The notes beneath the pieces are model-generated. The model saw nothing but the letters and a program-made list of their open reading frames with translations, ran no database searches and was not told the DNA's origin. Position numbers and translations under genes: made by a program. A stretch of 64,000 nt of DNA from Longimicrobiales bacterium (GTDB lineage Bacteria; Gemmatimonadota; Gemmatimonadetes; Longimicrobiales; Gaopeijiaceae): contig CBDFMQ010000002.1 of assembly GCA_965249725.1 (NCBI GenBank), forward strand, positions 2,816,001 through 2,880,000, in the 5' to 3' direction. Shown here piece after piece: positions 46,358 through 59,998 of this stretch (positions are counted from its first letter, which is position 1; every line of letters starts with the position of its first letter).

Positions 46358-47635
46358 ATGAGTAGCGTCGGCAGCATGGGAATCCTGGTGGGCGGCGGAC
46401 CCGCGCCGGGCATCAATAGCGTCATCGGGGCGGCCACGATCCGAGCCCGGTTGAACGACCTGGATGTGCTGGGCATCCAAGACGGCTTCAAATGGCTCAT
46501 GCAGGGTGACGTGGACCACATAGAGCACCTCACGATCGAGAACGTGAGCCGTATTCACTTTCGCGGGGGATCCTACGTGGGCATCTCGCGTGCGAACCCC
46601 ACCAAGTCTGAGGAGCTGTTGGAGAAGACGGTCCTGTCGCTGCTCCGGCTGGACGTCACGCATCTGATCACGATCGGAGGGGACGACACGGCCTACTCCG
46701 CGCTCCGGCTCGAGCAGCACTCGGCGGGACGACTCAGGGTGGTGCACGTGCCGAAGACGATCGACAACGACCTGGATCTTCCCTCTTCGATCTTCACATT
46801 CGGATTCCAGACCGCACGCCACCTCGGATGCGACATCGTGAAGAACCTCATGGTGGACGCACGCACGACCTCGCGCTGGTACTTCGTGATCTCGATGGGG
46901 CGCAAAGCGGGGCACCTGGCCCTGGGTATCGGCAAGTCGGCCGGCGCCACGCTCACGCTCATTCCGGAGGAGTTCTCCCACAAGCCGATTCCGCTCAAGA
47001 CGCTGGTGGACACGCTGGTCGCAGCGATCATCAAGAGGCTCAGCTCGGGTCGACGCGACGGTGTTGCGGTGATCGCGGAGGGGGTGGTGCTCAGCATCGA
47101 CCCCGAGGACCTCAACGCACTCGGGGACGTGGAGAAGGACCAACACGGCAACGTGCGCATCGCCGAGGTGGCCATCGGTGACATCCTGAAGCGAGAGGTG
47201 CAGCAGCGACTCGCGAACTTCGACCTGAGCACCACGATCGTGGCCAAGAACATCGGCTACGAGCTCCGCAGCGCCGATCCGATTCCGCTCGACATGGAGT
47301 ACACGCGCGACCTGGGGTACTGCGCAGCCAAATACCTGCTCGGAGGTGGCAACGCGGCGATGATTTCGATGCAGGGAGACGACTTCGTGCCGATTCCCTT
47401 CGAGGAGATGCTCGATCCGGAGACGGGACGCGCCCGTCTACGACTGGTCGACACGGATTCGCCCCGCTATAGCATCGCGAGACGCTACATGCTCCGCCTG
47501 CGCCGCGACGACTTCGAGGACGACCACGAGCTGGCGCGCTTCGCCGCCACCGCCGGTCTTTCTATCGAGGAGTTTCGGGCCGAATTCGAGGACCTCGTGC
47601 GGGGCGAGCGTGCTCCTCTGGACTTCAGCCCCTAG
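46358..47635 (+). CDS. pfp: PPi-dependent phosphofructokinase
   Basis: GGGPAPG.N, GGDD (PPi-type Asp), PKTIDND, MGR and GYELR motifs. Confidence 0.9.
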   Translation: MSSVGSMGILVGGGPAPGINSVIGAATIRARLNDLDVLGIQDGFKWLMQGDVDHIEHLTIENVSRIHFRGGSYVGISRANPTKSEELLEKTVLSLLRLDVTHLITIGGDDTAYSALRLEQHSAGRLRVVHVPKTIDNDLDLPSSIFTFGFQTARHLGCDIVKNLMVDARTTSRWYFVISMGRKAGHLALGIGKSAGATLTLIPEEFSHKPIPLKTLVDTLVAAIIKRLSSGRRDGVAVIAEGVVLSIDPEDLNALGDVEKDQHGNVRIAEVAIGDILKREVQQRLANFDLSTTIVAKNIGYELRSADPIPLDMEYTRDLGYCAAKYLLGGGNAAMISMQGDDFVPIPFEEMLDPETGRARLRLVDTDSPRYSIARRYMLRLRRDDFEDDHELARFAATAGLSIEEFRAEFEDLVRGERAPLDFSP

Positions 47636-47671
47636 GGCCGCGTTCGCTCCCGGCTCTACGGCCCGCCTGCC

Positions 47672-47787
47672 TCAGGGTACCCGGCGCTTCAGCTCCTCAT
47701 AGAAGTTCTGCACCACGATCAGTTCGGGCTCGTCTGCTCCGCTACCCGCGGTCGTTGCTCGCACCATGAGGAAGCGCTCACCATCCG
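47672..47787 (-). pseudogene. Duplicated 3' end of the 51022 kinase
   Basis: 47676-47787 matches 51026-51137 with 2 mismatches. Confidence 0.9.
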
Positions 47788-48037
47788 AGCTGCAGCGGGC
47801 AAAACGACACTCACAACCACTGTCATTGGTCCTTTTGGACATCGACGATTTCAAGCCGTTCAACGATACCTACGGTCACGTCGAAGGCGATGAGTGTCTG
47901 AGGCAACTCAGTCGTCTGATCGAAGGCTCCGTGAAGCGTACCGGAGACCTCGCCGCTCGATACGGGGTGACGAACTCGCCCTCATACTTCCCGATGCCGA
48001 AGACGCGCGCCGGACCACCGAGAGGATGCGCCAGGGA
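47786..48037 (+). pseudogene. Diverged duplicate fragment of the GGDEF domain
   Basis: Aligns to about 45879-46137 with substitutions plus 1-bp and 6-bp deletions. Confidence 0.9.
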
Positions 48038-48119
48038 GAGTTGCGACAGGTGGCATGCGGTCCAATGTTCTAGGCCCTGCATCGACTCGCTGAGTTCTCG
48101 TGTAAGCTGGAGGCTTCAC

Positions 48120-50948
48120 ATGCGATCCTACCGTCGCCAGTCATGGGCCGTCGTGCTCTTGGCCATGCTGCCTGTCCTGTCCGTGTGCGGTAGCGATCAA
48201 TCGGCTCCAGTTCCCGGCTCGCTCACACTTGTGAGTGGCGACGCCCAAACGGCCCAAGTCGGGTCCATGTTGCCTCAGCCGCTCAGCGTAGAGGTGCGCG
48301 ATGATGCCGGCGCACCGATGGCGGGCATTGCCGTGAGCTGGACCGTCGCCAGCGGGGGTGGCTCGGTGTCGGCGGCGACCTCGACCACAGGCCCCAACGG
48401 GCAGACGACGGCCACATGGACACTCGGAGGCAGTGCGGGCACGCAGTCGGTCCGGGCTGCTGCTGCTGGGTTCACTGTGACATTCATGGCGACTGGAACG
48501 GCCGGCCCTGCTGCCCAAGTAGCCGTAACGCCGGAGCAGTCGACTCTCGGTGCACTCCAGGCGACGCTCCAACTCACGGCTGAGGTGCAGGACGCTTCAG
48601 GCAACCCCGTGGGTGGAGACGTCACGTGGGCCTCGAGCGACGAAGCGGTCCTTACGATCGACGCCACCGGGTTGGCGACGGCGTTGACGAATGGTACGGC
48701 GACCGTGACGGCCACGTCGGGAACGCTCGAAGGCACGGCGACCCTTACGGTCGCGCAAGCGGCGACGACGGTTCTGGTAACCCCCGAGGATCCGACCATC
48801 GCAATCGGCGGCACCCAGCAGCTCGCCGCGTCCGTGAGTGATGCCAACGGCAACCCGATCGTGGGTGCGGCGGTCATCTGGAGTTCTTCCGACCAGGCCG
48901 TCGCAACGGTGGATGCGGCGGGGCTGGTGACCGCAGTCGCGGAGGGTACATCAACCGTGACGGCCACGAGTGGGACGGCGAGCGGAAGTGTAACGGTAAC
49001 GGTGATTCTGGTTCCCGATCCGTTCGTGCCTGCCGCCGACGAAGATGTGGGCGGCACGATGACCGTGGCCGAGCTCACGATCCCGGCGGGCGTGACCATT
49101 ACGGCCACGAGTGCCCTGGTGATCAACGCAACAGGCCCGGTGCAGATCGATGGAGCCGTCATGGGTGACTGCGTGGCCGTGACGGTCAACGGGTCGGCGT
49201 CGGTGGTGGTCACCGGAGTCGTGGATAACGACTGCACGGGCGATGTAGGGGAGGACATACCGGGTCTCAACATCGTGGGCAGCGGCGAAATGACCTTCGA
49301 CGGAGCCGTGCTCACGAGTGCGGGAGACATCAACCTGGGGAATGATGGGGCCGCCCTAGCTGCCGCCGGAGCAGTCCTTGCACCGTCGTTGGACGCGAGT
49401 TCAACCGCACTACCCGACGAACCCTGCACGTACCGGGTCTTCGGAGCGGGGATCAGCAGGAACGACGGTCGGGATGGGGGCCCCAGCGCTTCCATGGGCG
49501 GGGACGGAAGCCGAGGCGGGAACATCACCGTTCGGTGTACGGGGGAGCTCAAACTCCTGGGCACCACGTTCACCGCAGGCGACGGGGGCAAGGGCGGGGA
49601 CGCCACGAACCCTATTGGTAGTGCCACCGGGGGTGGGGGAGGGCCGGGCGGCAACATCATCATCGCGAGCCAGAGCGGCACGATCACCGTGGAGAACAAC
49701 AACACGCTTACGACCGGACAAGGTGGCAAGGGCGGCGATGCCTTCTCCGAAGGAGATCCGGCCGAAGCGAACGGGGGGGCAGGCGGGGACGGAGGATTGC
49801 TGACGATGTCCCCGACGGTTGGGACCGGATCAGGTGCTCTCGAGAATTTCCGGGGAGACAGTGGAGACGGAGGTACGGCAAGAGCCAACGGCGAAGACGG
49901 AGACGACGCGACGTCCTCAACAGCGGCTACAAAGGGTGGGAGGGTCTAGGCAGTTGGCGGGGCCGCTGGAATCGTTCACCAGCCGGCGATCGATCCCACA
50001 GCGGGCGCACAAGGATTCACGCTGACGTTCAGCGAGCCCAGGGGCGGGAACGGTGGGGACGCATTAGGTCTCGGAGGGGACGGCGGCAAAGGCAGCATGG
50101 ACTTCCCCATCGGAGCCATGGGTCCGGACATGCTGGTGCGTGGGGGGGCCGGTGGAACGGTATTGTCTCTGTCCTTCGGCGCCCGGCCGCCGGGAACTCC
50201 AGGGAACGGTGGCCTCGCACGGTTCGTGGGCGGAAATGGGGGCATGGGCTGGAACGCCTGCGAAGACAACTTCCTGCTCGAGCGTGGCGGCAACGGGGGA
50301 CCGGGAGGAGTGCTCGACGGTGGCAACGGCGAAGCAGGCTTAGGCGGGGCGAACGGTGAGCTTTCAGGTACGCCCGGGGACCTGCTCGTTGAGGATGCGG
50401 GCAACGGGGGAGACGGAGGAGATGGAGCACCGGCCAATTCCGTGGGGGGCGCAGCCGGGACGAACGGACTGATACCCGTGGACGGAACCACGGCCACGAT
50501 AACGGACGGTCTGGCCAAGGGAGAGGACGGGGAACCCTGCGAGTTCGGCTTCAACGTCGCGATCACCGTGACGTCCGATCCGAATGGACACGAGGAGTTC
50601 ATCCAACTCACGACGGTCACTATGATCACGGCCAAACTGCTCCCCGACGGACAGATCGAGTTCACCAGCGGTTCGGTCCTGTGGATCGAGACTACTGGCG
50701 CCGTGGGGGCAGATGGATCCTTCACTACGACAGGGTCCGGACGCGCCGCCGGCTTTAACAACACACCGGTGACCTTCGATGGAACGATCGTCCTGGATGC
50801 GGAAGGCCGGGTGACCGGGATCACCGGAATGCTGGTCTACGATTCCAGCAACTCGGTTCTCCCCCCGCAGCCAGACCCGCCGGACGGAGATGGAATGCGG
50901 CATCCGGCCGAATACAGCCTGACGGGAACACTCAAGCCGCCGGCATAG
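48120..50948 (+). pseudogene. Large surface lipoprotein (bacterial Ig-like domains + Gly-rich repeats) with an in-frame TAG at 49947
   Basis: Signal ending in Cys; VSW.V..GG and W.SSD..VA.VD..GLVTA Big repeats; GG.GG repeats; ORF 50097-50948 is in the same frame with no other stop between. Confidence 0.8.
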
Positions 50949-50996
50949 GGGGGAGCTACAGGCTTAGGAGGAGGTACTGGCTTAGGGGGAGGTACC
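50942..50996. repeat. Three degenerate 18-19 bp tandem repeats (GGC[AT]TAGGRGGAG[GC]TAC) between convergent genes
   Basis: Visible in the sequence. Confidence 0.6.
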
Positions 50997-51021
50997 GGCG
51001 CTCTCGGGGGCAGCTGCCCTA

Positions 51022-53670
<2,649 letters not shown>

Positions 53671-53847
53671 GCGCAGAAGATGCGGTCAAAGGGCGTCAGA
53701 CCACAAGCGGTGCGCCCGCCCGATTTCCCTTGCGTCCCGACCCGGTCCCTCTGAAGAATTGAACACGGCATCCGTACTCAAAGGGCAGCACCCTGCCCTG
53801 CGATACCCGGGCGGGCCGCGAACTCTCGTCCACCAGGAGGCACCTCG

Positions 53848-54705
53848 ATGTCCAAGATGAGCCGCAGTTGGGCCCTCATGAAGGCAAGCGCCAACGTGCT
53901 TCGCCTCGACAAGGAGCTGATGCTCTTTCCAATAATGTCGGGCGTAGCGGCGATCATCGTATCGGCCACGTTCATCGCACCGGTATTCGCGATGGCCGAT
54001 GGCTTCGATACGCTGTCTCGCATGACGGAGGACGGCGGCTACCTCGGTTACGTGACGGGATTCATCTACTACGTGGCGCTCTACACGGTCATCTTCTTCT
54101 TCAACACGGCGCTGGTGGGCGCGGCGATGATCCGCCTGGACGGGGGTGATCCGACGGTGGGCGACGGCCTGACCATCGCGTTCCGCAAGCTCCCGACGGT
54201 CGTGGGCTACGCAGTCATCGCCGCAACGGTCGGCATGCTCCTGCGAGCCATCGAGGAGAGAGTCGGCTTTCTGGGCCGCATCATCATCGGCATACTGGGC
54301 GTGTCCTGGACGCTAGCGACCTACCTGACAGTTCCGGTGCTCGTCACAAAGGATGTGAGCGCGGTCGACGCCGTGAAGGAGAGTGCGGGCCTCTTCAAGA
54401 AGACGTGGGGCGAGCAGATGGTCGCCAACGCCGGCATGGGCGTAGCCTTCTTGCTGATCGGCCTGGCCATGGTCGCCGTCTTCGTACCGCTCGCCATCCT
54501 CCTGGGATCGGTCAACGAGCTACTGATCGTCCCGTTGGTTCTGTCCATGGCCGGAGGCCTGGTCTTCTTGGGTCTCCTGAGCAGCACCCTGCAGGGCATC
54601 TACTCCGCGGCGCTGTATCGCTACGCCACGACGGGTGACCCGGGTCAGGGCTTCGACGCGGCGGCAATGCAGGATGCGTTCCGGCCAAAGAAGAAGCGCT
54701 GGTAG
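53848..54705 (+). CDS. DUF6159-like membrane protein
   Basis: SW.L.K.S..VL..DKEL, FFN.AL, KES..LFKKTWGE and ALYRYA motifs; AGGAGG RBS. Confidence 0.8.
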   Translation: MSKMSRSWALMKASANVLRLDKELMLFPIMSGVAAIIVSATFIAPVFAMADGFDTLSRMTEDGGYLGYVTGFIYYVALYTVIFFFNTALVGAAMIRLDGGDPTVGDGLTIAFRKLPTVVGYAVIAATVGMLLRAIEERVGFLGRIIIGILGVSWTLATYLTVPVLVTKDVSAVDAVKESAGLFKKTWGEQMVANAGMGVAFLLIGLAMVAVFVPLAILLGSVNELLIVPLVLSMAGGLVFLGLLSSTLQGIYSAALYRYATTGDPGQGFDAAAMQDAFRPKKKRW

Positions 54706-54906
54706 CCGACCGCCGTTAACCGACCGTTGCGTGCTCCGCGGCAGCCTCCACCTCTGGCTCCTCCGGCTCGACCTCCACTCGCCCGTCCGCTTGCGCAGCG
54801 TGCGCGGCCGCCAACCGGGCGATAGGCACCCTGAACGGCGAGCAGGAAGCCCTGCTCCGCGTCGTCGCGTGAGAATACCTTGGACCGCGTGTAGGGAGTT
54901 CTCGGG

Positions 54907-55569
54907 CTACCTCAGGCGCAGTCCTTCCACCAAAACGCCCGGGATGCGGTGGTTGACCCGCACGCCCCAGATGCCGTCGGTCTGGGAACGCATTCCGGAC
55001 AACTCGGGCATGTTGAGACGCGCCTGAATGATAGTCCCGAGGGTGTAGACGACGCTTCCGTTCACCATGAAGTCGGTCCCTGCCTCGGTCACCCTGATCT
55101 GGAGCTGGTTGACCGACCTGCCGCTGGCATCGGGCTGCACCACGGCATCGTGCGGCGCGCGAGGGGCGATGTCGTGGGTCACCCCGTCCCCGGCTCGGTG
55201 CTTGACGATGAAGCTGCCGTCCTGCGCCACGAGGAAGTACAGATAGTTCTGTCCGGGGCCCTCCAGGTCACGACCGCCGTACACCAGGCCGTAGTAGTTC
55301 ACATGATCGCTGGGTTTCAGCAGGGTGAACCGTCCGTCGAGCGTGTACTCACCCGAGGCGGTGTTCTGAGCGTTCCACGCCACGGCCGCGGGTCCGGTGC
55401 TGATCTGAAACCCACTCGCGACGGTCGTGAACTCCACTTCGGGGACGTCGTCCGGGTCGGCCGCGTTGGTGCTCCGGTCCACACGAAGCTGCCAACCCTC
55501 GGGCGCCTGCGCAGTCAGCGGCCCCGCAATCAGAAGCGAGAGGGCCACCAACGAGATTCGACGGATCAT
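54907..55569 (-). CDS. Secreted hypothetical protein
   Basis: Signal peptide; RBS AGGAG. Confidence 0.75.
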   Translation of the reverse strand: MIRRISLVALSLLIAGPLTAQAPEGWQLRVDRSTNAADPDDVPEVEFTTVASGFQISTGPAAVAWNAQNTASGEYTLDGRFTLLKPSDHVNYYGLVYGGRDLEGPGQNYLYFLVAQDGSFIVKHRAGDGVTHDIAPRAPHDAVVQPDASGRSVNQLQIRVTEAGTDFMVNGSVVYTLGTIIQARLNMPELSGMRSQTDGIWGVRVNHRIPGVLVEGLRLR

Positions 55570-55639
55570 GAAAGGACTCCTAGCGGCTGTGAGACCGGCG
55601 ACCGGGGCGGATCGCCCCGGCCGCCTCGGTTCCGGCTCC

Positions 55640-57166
55640 CTAGCCCCGGCCGGGGTTCATGTACAAGAAGATCTTGTCGGCGGTCTCGTCCACTCCGGTG
55701 ATGTCCAGATCGCCGTCCCGGTCCCGATCGTGGATGATGGCACACGACCCCGCCTCGCCCGACACGAGCGTGCGCGGCCGGACCAGCGTTCCGTCTCCGG
55801 CGTTCTCGTAGATCGTGAACGAGTCGCCGGCCTTGTCGCTGCTCACCACGTCGAGGTCACCGTCGCCGTCGATGTCTCCCACGTCGATCGCCAGGGGATC
55901 CTCGCCGATGGGGTACTGCATCGGCTCGGCCAGATTGCCCTTACCGTCACCAAGAAAGATGGCCGCGGTGTTCGTCTGGCGATTCGCAGAAATCACGTCG
56001 ACATGGCCGTCACCGTTCATGTCTCCTGAGACGATCATCCATGTACGGCCGCGCATCGACACTTTGCTCGCGAACTCCAGGCTACCCTTGCCGTCCCCGA
56101 GATAGACGAGCATTTCGTCGCTGTTGAACGCCCCGACGAACAGATCGAGGATCCCGTCTTCGTTCGCGTCACCGGTGGCGCACGTCTTCTCTCCCCGACC
56201 GGGAGACGGGATGGTCGTGATGTCCGAGAAGACCCCGTTGCCGTCGTTCAGCATCATCGAAATCGTGCCCCGGTTCGGCTCCACCCCGCCAGTCATATTG
56301 GCGGTGGCGATGTCGGGTGACCCGTCCAGATTCAGGTCCATGATGCACAGCCCACGAATGTTCGTCCCGGCGTGGTAGCTCGCACCCACGCGGAAGGTGC
56401 CGTCGCCCACGCCCATGAACACGGAGACCAGGTCGTTGCCTGCGTTGCCCACCGCGAAGTCCGTGATCCCGTCGCCGTTGAAGTCGGCCCCCTCGTTCGG
56501 GCTCGGGTACGCACCCGACGGGATTTCCAGCACGGTGAAGTCGGAGTAGTTACCCGCGCCATCGTTGAGCATGACGCGGACGTCGCCCGAGACCTCGTTG
56601 GGGATGGCTATGTCAGGGTAGCCGTCGTCGTTGAAGTCCCCTGCGTATCCGCCGTAGGGCTGCGTGTGGTCCTCGCCCTCCTGCAGAGTCGTGACAAACC
56701 CCAGTTCGACCATATCGAGCGATCCCGGCCCAGACTTGATCCAGAAGGACCACGTGTATCCGGTCGGCAGGGTCTCGCCTCCGGCCGTCCGAACTCCGTC
56801 GCGCAGGGTAGCCGTGACGGCTTCGCCCGCGTGGAACGCCTGCTCCGGCTCGAACCGGATCCGCGTTCCATCCTCCTCCAACGTCACGCGACCGTTCGCC
56901 ACACCCGACCACCGTCCCCAAACAGCGAGGGCCTTCGGGTCGAACGTGGCAGCGTCGAGTGGCTCCGAGACCGTGAGTACGATGGGATCTTCGGCACCCG
57001 TGGATGCACTGTGGGCCGCGGGTGAGACGGAGCTCACCAACGCGGCAGTGGTCAAGGGGGCGGCGGGTTCTCCTTCGGCAAGGACAATGCCGGGTGAAGC
57101 GGGCCCTTTGATGAAGACAGCGGTCACCAACGCAACGGACAGAACAAAGCCAAACAGCGTCTTCAT
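55640..57166 (-). CDS. Secreted Ig-like + FG-GAP/VCBS repeat protein
   Basis: Repeated GDFN.DG..D and GDIDGDGDLD motifs. Confidence 0.88.
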   Translation of the reverse strand: MKTLFGFVLSVALVTAVFIKGPASPGIVLAEGEPAAPLTTAALVSSVSPAAHSASTGAEDPIVLTVSEPLDAATFDPKALAVWGRWSGVANGRVTLEEDGTRIRFEPEQAFHAGEAVTATLRDGVRTAGGETLPTGYTWSFWIKSGPGSLDMVELGFVTTLQEGEDHTQPYGGYAGDFNDDGYPDIAIPNEVSGDVRVMLNDGAGNYSDFTVLEIPSGAYPSPNEGADFNGDGITDFAVGNAGNDLVSVFMGVGDGTFRVGASYHAGTNIRGLCIMDLNLDGSPDIATANMTGGVEPNRGTISMMLNDGNGVFSDITTIPSPGRGEKTCATGDANEDGILDLFVGAFNSDEMLVYLGDGKGSLEFASKVSMRGRTWMIVSGDMNGDGHVDVISANRQTNTAAIFLGDGKGNLAEPMQYPIGEDPLAIDVGDIDGDGDLDVVSSDKAGDSFTIYENAGDGTLVRPRTLVSGEAGSCAIIHDRDRDGDLDITGVDETADKIFLYMNPGRG

Positions 57167-57708
57167 GGCCCTTACCCTCCAAATGACGGGACACAGCCAC
57201 GGCACCCTCCAAAGGGGTACCATGCCGGGCATTTGGGCCGCCCGGGCAGACAATCTAGGACGTAGGCGGTGGGATCGCGAATAACACCCGCGCGGCGGGC
57301 CAGGACCGAGAAGATCATTCCGTACATCAACAGACCTCCTGGAGCCTCCTGTACTTGAACCGCTACCGCGTCAGACGGCTGCGGGTCTCGTTATCTCACG
57401 TCTCGCGACGGCGAACCTCACCGGTACGACGATCGCTTTCCACGCGACGGCCCGCCGAACGCTGCTCGATCTCGGTGGGCGTTTCGCGGACGCGCCGATT
57501 CTCCACGCGGCGTCCGTCTTGCTCGCGTCGCTGGGAGTCACTGCGATGGTCGGGTCCTTGATGCTGATCGATAGCCAGGTCCATGTGGTTCGTCTCTTTG
57601 GGGGGGGCACCTGTGGTACGTCTCGAAACAAGCTAACACTGCTCTCGCCGCTCCACCCGATCCGGTAGCCCCGCGGTCCGGAGAAGCCGCTGTACTCTTC
57701 GAGGCCGG

Positions 57709-58782
57709 TTAGGCCACCGCCTCTTCCGCCGCGTCGACCGCAGCCTCGAGTCGTTCGGCGAACGGCGCTCCGACGATCCCCTGCTCCGTCACGATTCCCG
57801 TGATGAGCTCCGCCGGCGTGATGTCGAACGCCGGGCTCCAAATGGGCACGTCGGAAGGAGACGTCAGCGTGCCGAACCCCAGTCGGATTTCATCCTCGCC
57901 CCGATGCTCGATCGGGATCTCTTCACCGGACCCCGAGTCGAAATCGACGGTCGAAGTCGGTGCCAGTACGTAGAACGGGACCCCGTGATGTTTGGCCAGG
58001 ACCGCCAGCCCGTAGCTCCCGATCTTGCTCGCCACATCACCGTTGGCCGCGATCCGATCCGCGCCCACGAGCACCAGGTCGGGCTTCGTCCGCTGGAAGA
58101 ACGCTCCCGCCATGTTGTCGGTGATCACGCGCACATCGAGGCCCGCCCGCTTGAGCTCCCACGCGGTGAGGCGACTTCCCTGCAAAAGCGGTCGGGTTTC
58201 CGCCGCGAGGACCTCCATCGACTTGCCCTGCTCATGGGCCACATAAACGGGCGCGAGCGCCGTTCCGATTCCCCCGGTCGCTAGGGTCCCCGCGTTGCCG
58301 TGCGTCAGCACGCGTGATCCGTCCTCGATGAGTTTGGCCCCGTGCTCGCCGATCACATCGCACGTGGCGGCGTCCTCATCCCAGATAGCCTGCGCCTCGC
58401 TCGTGAGGGCCTCCACCAAGGTCGCCGTGTCGTCGTCCTCGTTGTCGCGAGTGATGTCACGCATGCGGGAGAGCGCCCAAGAGAGGTTCACGGGGGTCGA
58501 GCGGGCCGTGGCGAAGTAGTCACACCATCGCCCGACGTCGTAGCGCAGGATCCTCGGCTCGGCCATGAGATCCTGCCGTGCGAGCGCAGCCACGCCCATC
58601 GCCGCGGTGATCCCGATGAGGGGTGCCCCTCTGACCTGGAGGGTGTAGATCGCGTCGAAGATCTGCTGGACCGTCTGGAGTTCGACCTCCACGCACTCTT
58701 CGGGCAACCGCGTCTGATCCAGGATGATCGGAGCGGTCTTGTCGTCGTTCCAGCGAATGGGATGTACGGTAGAAGGCGTCAT
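57709..58782 (-). CDS. mtnA: S-methyl-5-thioribose-1-phosphate isomerase homologue (atypical active site)
   Basis: LDQTRLP, VRGAP.IG, ETRPLLQG.RLTAWEL, GADRIAANGD and PAFDITP motifs. Confidence 0.9.
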   Translation of the reverse strand: MTPSTVHPIRWNDDKTAPIILDQTRLPEECVEVELQTVQQIFDAIYTLQVRGAPLIGITAAMGVAALARQDLMAEPRILRYDVGRWCDYFATARSTPVNLSWALSRMRDITRDNEDDDTATLVEALTSEAQAIWDEDAATCDVIGEHGAKLIEDGSRVLTHGNAGTLATGGIGTALAPVYVAHEQGKSMEVLAAETRPLLQGSRLTAWELKRAGLDVRVITDNMAGAFFQRTKPDLVLVGADRIAANGDVASKIGSYGLAVLAKHHGVPFYVLAPTSTVDFDSGSGEEIPIEHRGEDEIRLGFGTLTSPSDVPIWSPAFDITPAELITGIVTEQGIVGAPFAERLEAAVDAAEEAVA

Positions 58783-58886
58783 TCAATGCCTGGATGAAAG
58801 CGGTTTGCGAGGCCAAGTGGGTACGTCGTGGGTGGCCCGGTGCCCGACAAATAGAGCCAGGCACCGGCCTCGGTTCAACCTCCGGC

Positions 58887-58952
58887 GCTTCACCGTCGAG
58901 CTTCAACTGACGCTTCAACGTCGAGCTTCAACTGACGTTTCAACGTCGAGCT
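58887..58952. repeat. 25-bp tandem repeat x~2.6 (CGTCGAGCTTCAACTGACG[CT]TTCAA)
   Basis: Units at 58894-58918 and 58919-58943 plus partial copies; intergenic upstream of mtnA. Confidence 0.8.
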
Positions 58953-59120
58953 CAGAGCCCCTCGGGGGCCATCTCCTCCAGCTGCTTGATGAGCGTTCGG
59001 TGAGACCGGATCAGGTATCCGCCGACCGCCACACCAGCCACGAGGTTGGCCGCGAGCACGCTCCACCAAGGAAGAACGGTCTCTTTCAATCAGCTCGGTG
59101 CCGCAGCACCACCTCAACAC

Positions 59121-59918
59121 TTAACCCTTACGCTTGCCGGCTGCAGCCCTCTTGGCGGGCGCTGCCCTCTTCGAGGGGGCCTTCTTGGCCGGAGCTTTCT
59201 TGGCCGGAGCCTTCTTGGCGGGCGCCGCCCTCTTCGAGGGAGCCTTCTTGGCTGCTGCTGCCGTCCTGGCCGGGGCTTTTTTCGCTGGGGACTTCCTAGC
59301 AGGAGCCTTCTTGGCCGGGGACTTCCTAGCAGGAGCTTTCTTGGCCGGGGCGGACTTCTTGGAGGAGGCCTTCTTCGCAGCCGCGGCCTTCCTCGCCGCA
59401 GCCGCGCCCTTCTTCACCGCACTCGCGGTCCTCGCGACGGTCTTCTTGGCGGCACCAGCCCTTCCCTTCGCCCGCGTCGTCGCCTTCTTCGCGCTGGCGC
59501 CGACCTTCTTGACCGTCTTCTTCGCCGCCTTCAGTCGCGCGGCACGCTCTTTGGCCTTGCGAGCCTTCTCGCGTTCCTTGGCCTTCTTGGCTTTCTCCCG
59601 CTCCCTGGCCTTGGCGGCCTTCTCCCGCTCCTTGGCCTTGCGAGCCCTCTCCCGATCCCTCTGAGCCTTCAGTTTCGCGGCGGCCCTGGCTTTGGCCGCT
59701 CTCGCCCGCGCGCGTTCCCGATCGAGCTTCGCCTTGGCCCTCTTGGCGGCGGCACGGGCCTTCTCGCGCTCCTTCTGCACGCGCGCCTTAGCCGCAGCCT
59801 TTTCCTTTGCGGCTTTCAGCTTGGCGGCCTTCGTACGAGCGCGCTCCCGTTCGAGCTTCGTGACCGGCTTCTTCGTGACCGGCTTCTTCGTCGACTTCTT
59901 CGCGGACTTCCGGGGCAT
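59121..59918 (-). CDS. Histone H1-like Lys/Ala-rich basic protein
   Basis: GGAGG RBS; KAKERE coiled coil and AKKAP repeats. Confidence 0.8.
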   Translation of the reverse strand: MPRKSAKKSTKKPVTKKPVTKLERERARTKAAKLKAAKEKAAAKARVQKEREKARAAAKRAKAKLDRERARARAAKARAAAKLKAQRDRERARKAKEREKAAKAREREKAKKAKEREKARKAKERAARLKAAKKTVKKVGASAKKATTRAKGRAGAAKKTVARTASAVKKGAAAARKAAAAKKASSKKSAPAKKAPARKSPAKKAPARKSPAKKAPARTAAAAKKAPSKRAAPAKKAPAKKAPAKKAPSKRAAPAKRAAAGKRKG

Positions 59919-59998
59919 CAAGGACCTCCATGGACGGGGCGTGGCAGAACCCCTAAAGATACCGTCGAGGGGGGCGCGAAAGGGAGGGATTCCTTATC

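Noticed and set aside
4703..49949. Amber (TAG) recoding suggested by two read-through-looking TAGs
   Set aside because: Many intact genes here end normally at TAG (e.g. hipA, pfp, GGDEF, RidA), and no recoding machinery is visible.
57308..57670. Possible small gene, or inverted remnant resembling the FG-GAP gene end (EKIIPYIN vs DKIFLYMN)
   Set aside because: The similarity is too short and there is no clear start codon or RBS.
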